In this document: positions 19,363-28,634 of the stretch, piece by piece
How positions within the stretch are numbered: the first letter of the stretch is position 1
Layout: each line of letters starts with the position of its first letter
From: an archaeon
Lineage (GTDB): Archaea; Nanobdellota; Nanobdellia; Pacearchaeales; GW2011-AR1
NCBI GenBank assembly: GCA_018653485.1
Contig: JABHZE010000002.1
Span: forward strand, 56,294-120,293
Direction of reading: 5' to 3'
DNA length: 64,000 nucleotides
Made by a program: the position numbers and the translations under genes
Notes under the pieces: generated by a model
What the model was told of the DNA's origin: nothing
Database searches by the model: none
What the model saw: the letters and a program-made list of their open reading frames with translations, nothing else

Positions 19363-19596
19363 TTATTTTTTCTTCAAAGATCCTTTTTCAGAACCTTTGT
19401 CTTCAACAGACATTTGATTTAATCTATTGAATGTGTGAAGTCTTGCAATTGTTCTTTTAATTTCTCTAGTCTTTAATTTCCCACCCTTATTTGCATTTAC
19501 TTGACCTTTAATTAATTCCATTCTCAAATCCTTTATCTTACTATTAATTTCCTTTTCATTCATTTTTGCTATATCTTTTGATTTTAATATTGCCAT
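19363..19596 (-). CDS. rpl29: 50S ribosomal protein uL29
   Basis: 77-aa helical protein MAILKSKDIAKMNEKEINSKIKDLRMEL... typical of uL29. Confidence 0.7.
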   Translation of the reverse strand: MAILKSKDIAKMNEKEINSKIKDLRMELIKGQVNANKGGKLKTREIKRTIARLHTFNRLNQMSVEDKGSEKGSLKKK

Positions 19597-20588
19597 TATT
19601 TTTTGTCCTCTACATTATCTTTAACATCTTCTTCCTTTTTATCCTTTTCTGAACCTTTAACAACCTCATCTAATTTCTCCTTATGCTCTTCTTCTGCTTC
19701 TTTTAATTCCTTATCAATTTGCTCTTGAGGAACTCCTTCTTCAATTTCAGTTTCAATAGCAATAGCAGTTCCATCTTCTTCAGGTTTAACTTTTGATTTT
19801 TCGTCTACAACCTTAACAACTCCAGTTTCCATTAAATCTGATTTTTCTTTTTTGTCTGACTTAACATCAACTTTCTCAATTACTTCTTTTACTTCTTTGG
19901 TAGCAGCTTTAACGGCCTTTTTCCTTGTTTTTTTCTTTTTCTTAGCAGGTTCTTCTTCAACTTCATCAGGTATTTGATTTATTCTAGCTTTAACTTCATC
20001 ATTTATATCAATTCTATCATAAATCTTTGCATCAGGACTCATAATCGCTACTTTAATACCAATTATTCCAGTCTTAGTTAATCCAGTTGCTTGAGCTCTA
20101 TCAATTTCCTTACTAGGCTCTCCAGCTTTCTTTAAATAACCGTCTACAAATCTCCATGATTTTGCTCTTTCACTTGGTAATTTACCTGTAAGTCTTAATT
20201 CACAACCCAATGCTCCAGCATTCATTATCTCTTGTAATTTTCTATAAGCAATAACTTTAAATCTAATATTTCCAATTCTTTCAAGAGCCATAGCAATTTC
20301 ATCTGCAACTAATTGAGCATCAAATAACGGATTCTTAATCTCATCTATTTCAATATGAGGATTCTCAAGCTTGAATCTAGTTTTTAATACTCTTGTTAAT
20401 TCACTTATCTTTTCTCCTTTTCTTCCAATAACCAATCCCGGTTTACTTGTTAAAACAATTATTTTTTCACCAACAGGAGTATATTCAATATCTAGCTTAC
20501 TAATTTTACCTTTACCTAGATTTCTTTTTATGTATTCCTTAATACCAAATTCTTCCTTTTTCAGTCTAATAAATTTTCTTTCTTCCAT
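19596..20588 (-). CDS. rps3: 30S ribosomal protein uS3 with ~100-aa K/E-rich C-terminal extension
   Basis: KH domain (VIGRKGEKISELTRVLKTRF) and C-terminal uS3 domain (ALGCELRLTGKLPSERAKSWRFVDGYL). The tail is low complexity. Confidence 0.8.
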   Translation of the reverse strand: MEERKFIRLKKEEFGIKEYIKRNLGKGKISKLDIEYTPVGEKIIVLTSKPGLVIGRKGEKISELTRVLKTRFKLENPHIEIDEIKNPLFDAQLVADEIAMALERIGNIRFKVIAYRKLQEIMNAGALGCELRLTGKLPSERAKSWRFVDGYLKKAGEPSKEIDRAQATGLTKTGIIGIKVAIMSPDAKIYDRIDINDEVKARINQIPDEVEEEPAKKKKKTRKKAVKAATKEVKEVIEKVDVKSDKKEKSDLMETGVVKVVDEKSKVKPEEDGTAIAIETEIEEGVPQEQIDKELKEAEEEHKEKLDEVVKGSEKDKKEEDVKDNVEDKK

Positions 20589-20596
20589 TTTAATAT

Positions 20597-21328
20597 TTAT
20601 TCCGCATTATTCATTGAATATTTATTTGTATTTTCTAAAGCAATTAAACAAGCCTTTGCTAAATTAAATGTTGTTCTTATTTTTCCATTTGTTACACTAT
20701 AAACATCTTTTATTCCAGCCATCTTTAATATTTTTTTACACTCATCACCGATAACTAATCCGGTTCCCTGAGGTGCAGGCATTAATTTAACCTTACAACT
20801 TCCAGATTTTCCTTCAACAATAAATGGAACAGTATGAGGTTCTCCACAAGTACAATCAAAACTTCCACATCCTCTAGTAATTTTTATAACACTTAATTTT
20901 GCTTTTCTTAATGCTTTTTCTCTTGCAGGAAGTGTTTCTTTTGCTCTTCCATAACCCATTCCAACATAACCTTTTTTGTCCCCTACAACTGCCATACATG
21001 AGAATGTTGGAACATTACCTTCAGAAGTTTTTTTCTGAGTTTGTCTCCAAGCTCTCCTCTTACCACCACCAAATTTACCTTTAGCTTGCCCAATATTTAA
21101 AACATCAGAATTTAATTTAAGAACAGTATCAATAACTTCAGGTTCTAAAATTTTATATTTTAAAATTTCATCAACATCTGTAAGTTTCTTAGTTTTAACT
21201 TTTAATCCTAATTGAGTCTTTGGTTGCCATCCCTCTAATTTTGCAATTTCTTGTTCTCTTATTCTTTCAGCCCTAGCCTTCATTTTTTCTTCTCTTTCTC
21301 TCTTAGATTCTTGCTTGCTTTTAACCAT
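20597..21328 (-). CDS. rps5: 30S ribosomal protein uS5
   Basis: dsRBD-like N-domain plus CMAVVGDKKGYVGMGYGRAKE..AREKALRKA typical of uS5. Confidence 0.75.
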   Translation of the reverse strand: MVKSKQESKREREEKMKARAERIREQEIAKLEGWQPKTQLGLKVKTKKLTDVDEILKYKILEPEVIDTVLKLNSDVLNIGQAKGKFGGGKRRAWRQTQKKTSEGNVPTFSCMAVVGDKKGYVGMGYGRAKETLPAREKALRKAKLSVIKITRGCGSFDCTCGEPHTVPFIVEGKSGSCKVKLMPAPQGTGLVIGDECKKILKMAGIKDVYSVTNGKIRTTFNLAKACLIALENTNKYSMNNAE

Positions 21329-21813
21329 TATTTACTCCCTCCAATGTTTTGTTTAACTTTTTCAAAGTTTTCATCTTTTATACTTTCAATATCTGGCATA
21401 ACCTTTTTATCATATGCAATTTCAATTCCAGCATCTGAAACACCCTTAACAACTGCATAAACTCTTGAACCTTTTGTATTTGGAATTAATCCGCTATCTA
21501 AAATTATTCTTCCCTTTAATTCTTTAGCTTTCTTTCCAAGTAATAATCCTCCAAGATATCCTGCCTTTAATGATTTCAAACTTCCTTTCTTTTTCTCATC
21601 CCAACCATGCTTTAATAATTCTTTAGTATTAACATTAAAAAGAACACTATCTTGAGCTTGTTTACTATCAATTATCTGGATAATAAGATATCTATTTGTC
21701 TTTCTTACAACTAATCTTGGAGATCTACCCTTAAGTAAGATCATTCTTTTTGTATAATTTGTTTTACATTCTCGTCTTCTTCTCATATCTAATTTTTTTT
21801 GTTTTTTTACCAT
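21328..21813 (-). CDS. rpl18: 50S ribosomal protein uL18
   Basis: N-terminal Arg-rich motif (RRRRECKTNYTKR..GRSPRLVVRKTNRYLIIQI) typical of uL18. Confidence 0.75.
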   Translation of the reverse strand: MVKKQKKLDMRRRRECKTNYTKRMILLKGRSPRLVVRKTNRYLIIQIIDSKQAQDSVLFNVNTKELLKHGWDEKKKGSLKSLKAGYLGGLLLGKKAKELKGRIILDSGLIPNTKGSRVYAVVKGVSDAGIEIAYDKKVMPDIESIKDENFEKVKQNIGGSK

Positions 21814-21821
21814 TTTGAATA

Positions 21822-22325
21822 TTACTCCTTACCCTCCGCAGTTTTTTCTACTTTCTTAACAACTTTCTTTTTAGTATTTTTAATTTTATATTCGGAAACA
21901 CTTTGCCTATCAAAATCTACCTTTTCATTAGATTTTAAATGTTCCTTAAGATTTGCTTTACTCTTAAACGCTCTCATTCTTATTTTTTTTCTTAATTCTT
22001 TATATAAATCTCTCTCAATAACTCCCCTATCGGTTAATTGTTTTATATAATTTCTTAATTTTCTTGTAATTTTAACATAAATTTGTTTTCTTTTGTTTAC
22101 AGTTTTTTTAATTTTTCCAGGCCCTCTTCTAGTTTTTCTTCTTTTAACCTTTGTTCTTCCTTTTACAGGTTTAATACTGATTATTCCATCATCTTTCAAA
22201 CTAATTATGTCTTGTTTTGTAATAGCTTCCTTAATTTCACTTAAACCTTCAGGATTAAAAATAATCCTATTCTTTCCAACACCCAATGCCTTAGATGCTA
22301 ATACTTTCTTTTTACTTAGATTCAT
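21822..22325 (-). CDS. rpl19e: 50S ribosomal protein eL19
   Basis: MNLSKKKVLASKALGVGKNRIIFNP...VKGRTKVKRRKTRRG. The start is set at an internal Met so that it does not overlap eL32. Confidence 0.75.
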   Translation of the reverse strand: MNLSKKKVLASKALGVGKNRIIFNPEGLSEIKEAITKQDIISLKDDGIISIKPVKGRTKVKRRKTRRGPGKIKKTVNKRKQIYVKITRKLRNYIKQLTDRGVIERDLYKELRKKIRMRAFKSKANLKEHLKSNEKVDFDRQSVSEYKIKNTKKKVVKKVEKTAEGKE

Positions 22326-22986
22326 CTTTCTTTGCCTCCGCAGGTTTATTATTAGTATCTTTAACCTTAGATTCATTACTTTCAGAATCTTTTTCAGATT
22401 TTTTAACTGATTTATTAGAATCAGCATTTGTCATGCTTTCTGAATTATTTTTTAATTCAGAACTCCCTTTACCTTCAACTTTATCCTCTACACTTTCTTT
22501 TCCTTTCTTTTCTTCAGCTTTTTCCTTTTTCTCTTGTTCTTTTTTAGCTTTAGCATCTCTTGATTTTTTATTTTTCATTTTCTTAACACTTGTTTCTTTT
22601 TTATCTTTTAATTTCTTTTCAAGTTTTCCTAAAAATGTTTTTGGATTTAAATTATATAATCTTATTTTTTCTTTTAATGCAAATTCTGCAATTTCTTTTT
22701 TCTTCTTAGCCCCTAATTTAGCAACTACTCCAATTTCATCTTTCTTTAAATTTTTAATCTCTTCAATATTTTTAACATTTACAAGAGCCTTATCATCTAC
22801 TAAATGCCTTTTAGCAACTTCATTTTTAAAACCAACTTTAACTTTTTTAACATGCCCTTTCATATTTAGTCTAATTTTATTATCTAATCCTTTAGCTTTT
22901 CTATAAACTTGTTTCTTTTTTCTTCTTACTCCTAATTTTGAGAATTTACTAAAATCAGTTCTTTTAAATTTTGGTTTGTTTGCCAT
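22312..22986 (-). CDS. rpl32e: 50S ribosomal protein eL32 with ~100-aa K/E/S-rich C-terminal extension
   Basis: MANKPKFKRTDFSKFSKLGVRRKKKQVYRKAKGLDNKIRLNMKG core. The start is set at the Met directly after the uL6 stop. Confidence 0.75.
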   Translation of the reverse strand: MANKPKFKRTDFSKFSKLGVRRKKKQVYRKAKGLDNKIRLNMKGHVKKVKVGFKNEVAKRHLVDDKALVNVKNIEEIKNLKKDEIGVVAKLGAKKKKEIAEFALKEKIRLYNLNPKTFLGKLEKKLKDKKETSVKKMKNKKSRDAKAKKEQEKKEKAEEKKGKESVEDKVEGKGSSELKNNSESMTNADSNKSVKKSEKDSESNESKVKDTNNKPAEAKKDESK

Positions 22987-22987
22987 T

Positions 22988-23548
22988 TTAAATAAACACT
23001 CTCCCAGGTTTTTCAGTAATAAAAATACCATCTTGGAATATTCTTCTATCTTTATTTCTAACTTTAGTTCCTTTTTCAATATTAGCTGCAGTTTGCCCAG
23101 CTTTTTCAATATCATGAGAATCTAGTTCAATATTTTCCTTATCTACTTTTACATTTACTCCTTCAACAACATTGATTAATCTATCCTTTTTTTCACCTAA
23201 GAAATTTTTAACAACAACATGATTATTTGCTTTATCAAAACTCACATTCATTGGGAAGTGAACATTTGCAACTTGCAATTTATATTTAAAACCTTCAGTT
23301 AATCCTTTAATCATATTATTAATATGTGCTACATTTGTTCCAATAATCTTTCTATCCCTCTTAGTAGTTCTAGGTGATTTTAATGTGATCTTGTTTCCAT
23401 CTACACTACCATCTAAAATTGAATTGATTTTTCTAACAATCTCCTTGTCTTCTTTCTTTGCAGTTAATAATGTTCCATCTAAAGTAAATGTTATTCCTTC
23501 AGGAATTTCTATGATTTTAGTTATTGATGTTTCTTTTTGCTTTCCCAT
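22988..23548 (-). CDS. rpl6: 50S ribosomal protein uL6
   Basis: Two uL6 alpha-beta repeats (ITLKSPRTTKRDRKIIGTNVAHINNMIKGLTEGFKYKLQV). Confidence 0.8.
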   Translation of the reverse strand: MGKQKETSITKIIEIPEGITFTLDGTLLTAKKEDKEIVRKINSILDGSVDGNKITLKSPRTTKRDRKIIGTNVAHINNMIKGLTEGFKYKLQVANVHFPMNVSFDKANNHVVVKNFLGEKKDRLINVVEGVNVKVDKENIELDSHDIEKAGQTAANIEKGTKVRNKDRRIFQDGIFITEKPGRVFI

Positions 23549-23919
23549 TAGAACATATATGCAATTAAGCAACCCCCTAATTGTTGTTCTTCTGCTTCTT
23601 CATGTTTAAGCAATCCTTTATTTGTAGAAACAACTACAAATCCAAAATTCTTTGCAGGAAGGAATCTTCTAACATAATGATTTATTCTTTTAACTGGAAC
23701 AGTATATCTTGGTTTTATTGATTTTATTTCATTCAAATCTTTGATTATAATTCTTAAATCTCTTCCCTCAACACTGTAATCTAGATAGCCATGTTCTTTA
23801 GCAATATCTAAAATATTTAGCAATAACTTTGAATACTTTTTCACAACTACTTCTGATTTTCCAGCTTTCTTTGCATTCATTATCTGGTTCAATGTATCTG
23901 ATGTTATATCTTGACTCAT
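23548..23919 (-). CDS. rps8: 30S ribosomal protein uS8
   Basis: MSQDITSDTLNQIMNAKKAGKSEVVV... and the C-terminal uS8 fold. It sits in the conserved position between uS14 and uL6. Confidence 0.8.
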   Translation of the reverse strand: MSQDITSDTLNQIMNAKKAGKSEVVVKKYSKLLLNILDIAKEHGYLDYSVEGRDLRIIIKDLNEIKSIKPRYTVPVKRINHYVRRFLPAKNFGFVVVSTNKGLLKHEEAEEQQLGGCLIAYMF

Positions 23920-23931
23920 TTTATTTAACTC

Positions 23932-24162
23932 CTATGAATATTTTTTAAATCCAAGTTCCTCCGCAATTTCCCTAAAACAATGCCTACATAAATTTAGACC
24001 ATAACTATTTATCATAGCACCATATCTTCCACATTTTTCACACTTCTTCTGTGTAATTCCCGTGGTTCTGGTTTTAGGTTTATTATGTTTAATATATTTA
24101 GCTTTAATAGCAGGTTTTCTTACAAATTGTTTCAATGCTTTTCTCCAATCACTTGCTGTCAT
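23932..24162 (-). CDS. rps14: 30S ribosomal protein uS14 (zinc-binding type)
   Basis: [25 protein letters not shown] Zn-ribbon C-terminus. Confidence 0.8.
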   Translation of the reverse strand: MTASDWRKALKQFVRKPAIKAKYIKHNKPKTRTTGITQKKCEKCGRYGAMINSYGLNLCRHCFREIAEELGFKKYS

Positions 24163-24681
24163 TTAATTTACCTCCACTCCAAAAGTTTTAATTAAATATT
24201 CTTTGATTTCTTCTTTTGTAACATCTTGTTTCTTAGGATAACTTCCTCTCTTGATTTTTCTAATTTTAACTCTTTTACCTTTTCTCTTAAACACTAACAT
24301 TACTTCAAAACCTAAGATTCCAATATCCCTATTATACTCTAACCCTGGAATTTCAATATATTCCGGAACCCCAAAACAAACTTGATTTGTAGTTATTTTT
24401 TTATTTGAAATAGTATTATCCACAGCAACCAATATTCTTCTTATTAAATCTTTAATTTTTTCTTTATCTCTTAATGTAATTTTAGCTCCACTTTTCTTTC
24501 CAGGACTAATTCCAAATGCAGGGATTCTTCGAGTAGATTTAATAACATAAACCTTTCCACCAGTAATCATTTCAATTAATTTTACTGATTTTTCATGCTT
24601 ATCTTCTGTTCCACCACAATGAATAATCATTTTTTCTATTTCAATTTCAGTCATAGGATTTGTTTTATTTTCCATTTTCAC
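24163..24681 (-). CDS. rpl5: 50S ribosomal protein uL5
   Basis: NPMTEIEIEKMIIHCG...GVPEYIEIPGLEYNRDIGILGFEV typical of uL5. Confidence 0.8.
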   Translation of the reverse strand: MKMENKTNPMTEIEIEKMIIHCGGTEDKHEKSVKLIEMITGGKVYVIKSTRRIPAFGISPGKKSGAKITLRDKEKIKDLIRRILVAVDNTISNKKITTNQVCFGVPEYIEIPGLEYNRDIGILGFEVMLVFKRKGKRVKIRKIKRGSYPKKQDVTKEEIKEYLIKTFGVEVN

Positions 24682-25330
24682 TTACAACAATATTTTTTGT
24701 CCATACATTTACTTTTTCACCCTCATGTCTCATAACTGCAATTCTCTTTCCACCACGCTCAACAATCTCATCTATTTTTTCAACAATTCCTGCATGCTTT
24801 CCTTTAATTACTAACGCTGTTTTTCCCTTTTCCATTGGAATTATTTTCATTATTTTTCTTTTCTTTAAATCAAGAAGAACTGAATCTCCACTCTTACCTT
24901 TTTCTTCACTAAGAATATTCATTCCTTGCATAAGATTTAATTGAACTTTATTTTTACTCAATATTTTTCTACCTTTAATCTTAAATAATCTTGTTTCAGC
25001 ATCTTTACCTGAAATTTCTTTAAAAATCATTTTCTTATGTTCTGATAAAAACACCCTATAATTTTTCTTTAAATTCACTAAAGTAAGAACATCAAATAAA
25101 TTAAGTGGATAATTTGTTTCTTTTACTTTCTTCTGATTAATTAAAATTTGTTTTTCATTTATTAATGTCTTTAATTCTTTTTTAGTTCCAACTAATCCTA
25201 AAATTTCCCTCATAGCAACTACTAATGGGATTGATGTTTTCTTATCGTGCTTAACTAAACTAAGATATTTTGTTCCCTTTCTATGAACAGGCCAAAATTT
25301 AGGTATATTGCTTCTTTTTAGGTATGCCAT
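24665..25330 (-). CDS. rps4e: 30S ribosomal protein eS4
   Basis: MAYLKRSNIPKFWPVHRKGTKYL N-terminus and KOW-like region. Confidence 0.8.
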   Translation of the reverse strand: MAYLKRSNIPKFWPVHRKGTKYLSLVKHDKKTSIPLVVAMREILGLVGTKKELKTLINEKQILINQKKVKETNYPLNLFDVLTLVNLKKNYRVFLSEHKKMIFKEISGKDAETRLFKIKGRKILSKNKVQLNLMQGMNILSEEKGKSGDSVLLDLKKRKIMKIIPMEKGKTALVIKGKHAGIVEKIDEIVERGGKRIAVMRHEGEKVNVWTKNIVVSENGK

Positions 25331-25331
25331 T

Positions 25332-25859
25332 TTATTTTTTATCCCCCCCTATTTTTGAATTTTCAGAATCTTTTGATTCTGAATCTTTAACAGCTTTAGG
25401 TAATGGTTTAGCTTTAAACTTTGTCTTGTTTTCTTCAGCTTTTTCTACTACTTTTGATTTTGAACCAGTTGCAATTCCACCTTTACGACTTAATGCATTA
25501 ACTCTTTTCTTGTCATCTAAATTTAATTCTTGAATTTGAATATTTGAAGGATCAAAATAAACACCAACCTTACTTCCATCTTTCTTAGTCCTATAAATTC
25601 CTTCAATTGTCAATTTTAATTTCTTTAAATCTACTGAATCTATTTTTCCAGTTTTCTTTTTAAATTCCCCAACCATAATTCTTACTTTATCTCCTTTCTT
25701 AACTGGAATATTTCTTTTATCATGTTTTTTTCTTAATTCTTTACTAAGATTTGAGCTCATGAATTCTCTCCTTATATGTAATGGAGCATTCGCTCTGTAT
25801 TTTCTTTGCTTTCTTGGAAGTTTGCTTCCAATCCAATATGTACTAAATTTTGATTTCAT
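25332..25859 (-). CDS. rpl24: 50S ribosomal protein uL24 with K-rich extensions
   Basis: KOW motif KKGDKVRIMVGEFKKKTGKI. Confidence 0.75.
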   Translation of the reverse strand: MKSKFSTYWIGSKLPRKQRKYRANAPLHIRREFMSSNLSKELRKKHDKRNIPVKKGDKVRIMVGEFKKKTGKIDSVDLKKLKLTIEGIYRTKKDGSKVGVYFDPSNIQIQELNLDDKKRVNALSRKGGIATGSKSKVVEKAEENKTKFKAKPLPKAVKDSESKDSENSKIGGDKK

Positions 25860-25860
25860 T

Positions 25861-26262
25861 TTATAATATAAACTTCGCGATTTTACCTACAAAAGGCCAT
25901 CTATCATTTACTTCTCTTGCTACAGGTCCTTTAATTTGGGTTCCTTTTGGATTACCTTTTTCATCTTTTAATAAAGCAACTGCATTATCTTCAAAAGCAA
26001 TTCTTTCTCCAGTATTTCTTCTAAAAGGTTTCTTTTGTCTAATTACCACTGCATCAAAAACTTCGCCCTTAATCTTATAATCTCCCTTTCTAACAGATAC
26101 TTTTACCCAATCACCTAGTTTAGCATATTGTTGTCTTCCTCTTGTAGTCTTTCCACCTTTTACACTAACTATTTTAACAATTCTTGCCCCACTATTATCA
26201 CTAGCTAAAACATGACTTCCAATATTCAATGCTCGTGTCATTTTTGCACTTACGCCCTTCAT
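25861..26262 (-). CDS. rpl14: 50S ribosomal protein uL14
   Basis: 133 aa. ALNIGSHVLASDNSGARIVKIVSV...IRQKKPFRRNTGERIAFEDNAVAL is the classic uL14 pattern. Confidence 0.85.
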   Translation of the reverse strand: MKGVSAKMTRALNIGSHVLASDNSGARIVKIVSVKGGKTTRGRQQYAKLGDWVKVSVRKGDYKIKGEVFDAVVIRQKKPFRRNTGERIAFEDNAVALLKDEKGNPKGTQIKGPVAREVNDRWPFVGKIAKFIL

Positions 26263-26588
26263 TTTTTAGCCTCCTTACTAGATTTTCCAATTACAATAAA
26301 ATGAACAATTTTACTAATTGGCCTACATTCTTTAATTTCAATATAATCTCCAACTTCAATTTCATCATGCATACATTCAGGTAATCTTGCATGAAGTTTA
26401 GTTTTTCTTTTTGAATATCTTTCATATTTTTTAATATAAATTGTTCTTTCAAATTCAATTACAACTCTCTTAGGAAACTTTCTTATTACAGTTCCCTTAA
26501 AGCTTCTTCCTCGAACCGCAGTATGACCATGGTTAGGACAAAATTTATCATTGCATTCAATTTGTTGTTTTTTTGTTTCTTTTGCCAT
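26259..26588 (-). CDS. rps17: 30S ribosomal protein uS17
   Basis: OB-fold protein whose conserved position upstream of uL14 is the main support. CPNHGHTAVRGRSFKGTVI... is compatible with an archaeal uS17 N-terminus. Confidence 0.75.
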   Translation of the reverse strand: MAKETKKQQIECNDKFCPNHGHTAVRGRSFKGTVIRKFPKRVVIEFERTIYIKKYERYSKRKTKLHARLPECMHDEIEVGDYIEIKECRPISKIVHFIVIGKSSKEAKK

Positions 26589-26589
26589 T

Positions 26590-27213
26590 TTAATTATTCT
26601 TAACTAATTTTAATTCAACATGTGTTCTTTTAAACCTACCTCTTCCAAATCTCCTATAAGGTCTTGAAGCAACATTAGAAACACAAAATAATTTGTAAGT
26701 CTCATATTCCATTTCATTTACTATTGCATTTGATTTTAAACTATTCAATAACTTAACAAAATGCATTACAGCATTTTGAGGATATCTTCCACTCATTATT
26801 CCCTTTCTATGAGGTATTTCTCCCCTCATTGGAACAGCCCGTTTATATTGCCTAACATCTTCCAACATTTTTATGGCAGTATCAATATCTTTCCCCCTTA
26901 TGAAATTACAAACAGCAATTGAATGTTTTGTTGAAATAGGAAGGCTTTTTCCATTCACTTTAGCTTCAGTTTTTTTAGCAACCTTTGAAATTTCAGATTT
27001 TTTTAATTCTGAACCTTTAACATCTTTTGATTTTGGACTAGCCTTCTCAGGTTTTTTATCAATCTTAGTTTCTTTTTCCTTAACATCTTTAGTTTCTTCT
27101 CTTACTTCAACTTCTTTTTTCTCAACCTTTTGTTTAGCTTCAGCTACCATATCTTCTTCTCTATGTTTAGTTGCTTCTCGTTTCTTTATTTCTGTTTTTT
27201 GTTCTTGATCCAT
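26590..27213 (-). CDS. rpl22: 50S ribosomal protein uL22 with K/E-rich N-terminal extension
   Basis: C-terminal core AIKMLEDVRQYKRAVPMRGEIPHRKGIMSGRYPQNAVMHFVKLLNSLKSNA. The start is chosen at an internal Met that avoids overlap with uS19, and the longer ORF reaches 27303. Confidence 0.7.
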   Translation of the reverse strand: MDQEQKTEIKKREATKHREEDMVAEAKQKVEKKEVEVREETKDVKEKETKIDKKPEKASPKSKDVKGSELKKSEISKVAKKTEAKVNGKSLPISTKHSIAVCNFIRGKDIDTAIKMLEDVRQYKRAVPMRGEIPHRKGIMSGRYPQNAVMHFVKLLNSLKSNAIVNEMEYETYKLFCVSNVASRPYRRFGRGRFKRTHVELKLVKNN

Positions 27214-27214
27214 T

Positions 27215-27631
27215 TTATTTAACTGACATTGATGCACTTCCTCTAGTCGCACCAACACCGGCAGCTCCATGTTTAACTTTAGTTCTAGTAACTGAAAATT
27301 CACCTAATCTATGGCCCAACATCTCTCCAATTATTTCAATAGGATGATATTTTTGCCCATTATAAACTTGTATTTTTAATCCAATCATTCTTGGAACAAT
27401 TACTAAATGTCTTAGGTGAGTTTTTATCAACTTATTTTTTTGAACTTTCTTGTTACATCTAATTATAAAATTTTGTAATTCATCATCTTGTCTAAGTACT
27501 GTTCTTTTCTCATTAGATTTCAAAAGTTTAGCAAACTCTCTATTTTCCATTTCTTTTAATTCATCAACAGATTTACCTCTATATTTGAATTCTTTCTTCT
27601 TCATTTGTAAGTTATTTGTTTCTTCTGCCAT
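27215..27631 (-). CDS. rps19: 30S ribosomal protein uS19
   Basis: PRMIGLKIQVYNGQKYHPIEIIGEMLGHRLGEFSVTRT. Confidence 0.8.
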   Translation of the reverse strand: MAEETNNLQMKKKEFKYRGKSVDELKEMENREFAKLLKSNEKRTVLRQDDELQNFIIRCNKKVQKNKLIKTHLRHLVIVPRMIGLKIQVYNGQKYHPIEIIGEMLGHRLGEFSVTRTKVKHGAAGVGATRGSASMSVK

Positions 27632-27636
27632 GTTAT

Positions 27637-28332
27637 TTATCTTTTCTTCCCAGTTCTTTTAGGACTAAGATGTCCTACTTTTCTTCCAGGAGGTGAATTT
27701 CTTTTTGCAATTTTACTCTTAATTCTCTTTCCTCTTCCACCACCAAATGGATGGTCTAAAGCATTAACTTTTACTGCCGAGGTTCTATGCCATTTTCTTC
27801 CTTGAGATTTCATCATATGATGTTTTTTACCTGCCTTAACAACTGGTTTAATCAATCTACCTTCTCCTGCTGCAACACCAATTGTTGCCCTACAGTTTTC
27901 ATTGAATTTTAATTTTCTTCTTCTAATTAGTACTTCAACACCCTTCTCATCTTTTGTAAGTACTGAAGCTGAACTTCCCGCACTTCTTAATACTTTCCCA
28001 CCTTTTCCAGGGGCAGACTCAATATTAAAAACTTTAGTTCCTTGAGGAATATCTTTTAATTTTAATATGTTCCCAGGATTTATTCCTTCACCAATACTAA
28101 TTTCTTGTCCTTCATAAATACCATCTGTTGCAGGAACTATAAAATTTTCATCATTTATTACAACTTTTATTAGCGGAGCAGTATGTCCTGCAGAATTGAA
28201 TAATTTAACAATTTTTGCCTTTCCAACACTATTTAATTTTGGATAAGTAATTTTATACCTGTAAGCTTTTCCTCTAACTCTAAATGTTAAACTTCCTTTT
28301 CCTCTAGCTTGTTGTGTAATTCTTTTTCCCAT
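27637..28332 (-). CDS. rpl2: 50S ribosomal protein uL2
   Basis: GRNSPPG... and HPFGGGRGKRIKSK motifs at uL2 length. Confidence 0.85.
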   Translation of the reverse strand: MGKRITQQARGKGSLTFRVRGKAYRYKITYPKLNSVGKAKIVKLFNSAGHTAPLIKVVINDENFIVPATDGIYEGQEISIGEGINPGNILKLKDIPQGTKVFNIESAPGKGGKVLRSAGSSASVLTKDEKGVEVLIRRRKLKFNENCRATIGVAAGEGRLIKPVVKAGKKHHMMKSQGRKWHRTSAVKVNALDHPFGGGRGKRIKSKIAKRNSPPGRKVGHLSPKRTGKKR

Positions 28333-28333
28333 T

Positions 28334-28633
28334 TTATGCAGTTACCCCTAATCTACTATTTAAAAATTCCATTCTTTCTTGATACCCTTTTGTTTTTTCT
28401 CTGAATATTCTTGTATGCCCAAAAGGTTTTAGTTTAACCCTTTCACCTTCAATATCTGCTTCACTAATATGAAAATCCCATTCCCTGATATGGTCCCTTC
28501 TATTTCCATCCATTTTTTCTATAAATCCAAATCTACCATCACAAGTATTATCATAACGAATTACTTTTCTCTCACCTTCATAAGGTGTAACTATGATTAC
28601 TTGCTCTATTTGGTTAGGATTTCTTGGAGTCAT
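28334..28633 (-). CDS. hypothetical protein (99 aa) inserted between uL23 and uL2
   Basis: Intact ORF tightly packed in the operon (1-2 nt spacers on each side). I recognise no r-protein or RNase P p29 signature. Confidence 0.45.
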   Translation of the reverse strand: MTPRNPNQIEQVIIVTPYEGERKVIRYDNTCDGRFGFIEKMDGNRRDHIREWDFHISEADIEGERVKLKPFGHTRIFREKTKGYQERMEFLNSRLGVTA

Positions 28634-28634
28634 C

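Noticed and set aside
22093-22906. Plus-strand ORFs of 105 and 203 aa across the eL19/eL32 region.
   Set aside because: They are antisense to two intact r-protein genes, and the translation is poly-Phe/Leu/Ser nonsense.
22312-23572. Apparent 100+ nt overlaps between the long ORFs of eL19/eL32/uL6/uS8, and between uL22 and uS19.
   Set aside because: The overlaps are resolved by internal Met codons that sit 1-2 nt after the upstream stop (MNLSKKK, MANKPKFKR, MGKQKE, MDQEQK). The longer N-termini are read-through of intergenic sequence.
28334-28633. Considered calling the inserted 99-aa ORF RNase P protein Rpp29, since that gene is otherwise missing from the operon.
   Set aside because: No recognisable Rpp29/Sm-like motif is visible by eye. 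It is left as hypothetical and flagged in the findings.
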